Made by a program: the position numbers and the translations under genes. A DNA stretch of 64,000 nt, from assembly GCF_006345805.1 (NCBI RefSeq), contig NC_043020.1:13888001-13952000 (forward strand), written 5' to 3'. Position 1 is the first letter of the stretch; every line of letters starts with the position of its first letter. Below, piece after piece: positions 62,864 through 64,000 of this stretch. Under the pieces are notes generated by a model. It saw only the letters and a program-made list of their open reading frames with translations. It made no database searches and had not been told where the DNA came from. This DNA comes from Octopus sinensis. Its lineage: Eukaryota.

Positions 62864-63042
62864 TAATCTATATTTTTGTTATTTTTCATTTGTCCTGCTC
62901 GCTTACGTTCTTAGTGTGCTAAATTTTTTCTTGAGAACAATCCTTAGTGGTTGAGTCCCTTTGCGGATCTATATCTAGCATAAGTGCGTCCACATAGTGG
63001 ATTCTCTCTCATATTTGTATGTGTATATATATGTGTGTATAT

Positions 63043-63086
<44 letters not shown>

Positions 63087-63925
63087 GTTCTTGACTATGC
63101 ACAGAATATGAGAACAAACTTTAAATTTCCAATTTCTTTCTTATATCGTAATCCTTGTCTTTGAATTTTTAAACTTTGATAAGATGATGGTGATGAGCTG
63201 GCAGAAATGTTTGTACACCAAGCAAAATGCTTAGTGGAATTTCATCTGTCTTTATGTTCTGAGCTCAAATGCTTTTCGTCCTTTGAATGTCGATAAAATA
63301 AGTACCAGTTGAATACTGGGGTCAGTGTAATCGACTTACTCCCTCCCCTGAACTTGCTGGCCTTGTGCCAAAATTAGAAACCAGTATTAAATAAAATGGA
63401 CATACACATTGAAACTGGTAATATTTTATAAAAGTCACTGAATGTAACAAATATAAAAATACTTATCCTGTCTAGCTAAAGGGGTAAATAGTTTTAAAAA
63501 TCTTTAAACATGCAGCCATTCAGGTGTGGCTGTGTGGTAAGAAACTTGCCTCTCAACCATATGGTTCCAAGTTCAGTCCCACTGTGTTGCATCTTGGACA
63601 AGTGCCTTCTACTATAACCTTGGGCCAACCAAAGCCTTGTGAGTGGGTTTGGTAGACAGAAACTGAAAGAAGCCTGTCGTGTGTGTGTGTGAATATATAT
63701 ATATGCATCTAATATAGGATAAAATTTTTTCCAAAATAAAATTTAATCAATGGCCAACATATTAAAAAATACCTTTAAAGGTTAAACTTATAAACAAGGG
63801 CAAAATAAAAAAATTCCTAATGCCAAATATACCGTAACATCGTCCATAACCATATAATTCATCACTATAAGTACATGTCTTGAAGAAAGCCGACAGAAAT
63901 TTCTAAAAAATTCCGTTATTACCAC

Positions 63926-63977
63926 ATCAGACCCAATTTCAGAGTTAGTCCATAAGAATCTTCTCTTCATCAGTGAT
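63926..63977 (-). ncRNA. Type I hammerhead motif
   Basis: Reverse complement: ATCA-CTGATGA-AGAG (18-nt loop) CTCT-GAAAT TGG GTC-TGAT. Confidence 0.6.
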
Positions 63978-64000
63978 AAATGCAGCAAAGGAATAAATGG

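Overview
Eukaryotic, AT-rich, repeat-dense genomic DNA, most likely an octopod cephalopod. The organism is an inference from the tRNA-headed SINE families and (TA)n/(ATT)n microsatellites. Most ORFs in the supplied track are repeat artefacts; the real genes are spliced and were assembled by hand from GT-AG exons with consistent phases. There are three + strand genes: (1) the last six coding exons of a mitochondrial carrier homolog (MTCH2-like, 909-12411); (2) a complete 7-exon, 718-aa predicted transcription factor with the unusual order THAP - 3x C2H2 - BTB/POZ (24281-43032); (3) the first four coding exons of an AMN1-like leucine-rich-repeat protein (51727-61726, continuing beyond the window). 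Introns and spacers hold SINEs, CR1/RTE LINE fragments, a decayed mariner, pogo-, Merlin- and piggyBac-type MITEs, Helitron-like elements and local tandem arrays. The most striking non-coding signal is nine type I hammerhead ribozyme motifs (some degenerate) at six loci. They lie in non-coding Penelope-like/retrozyme-like elements, some with inverted arms, target-site duplications or a ~352-bp head-to-tail monomer, and several are in sense orientation within introns.
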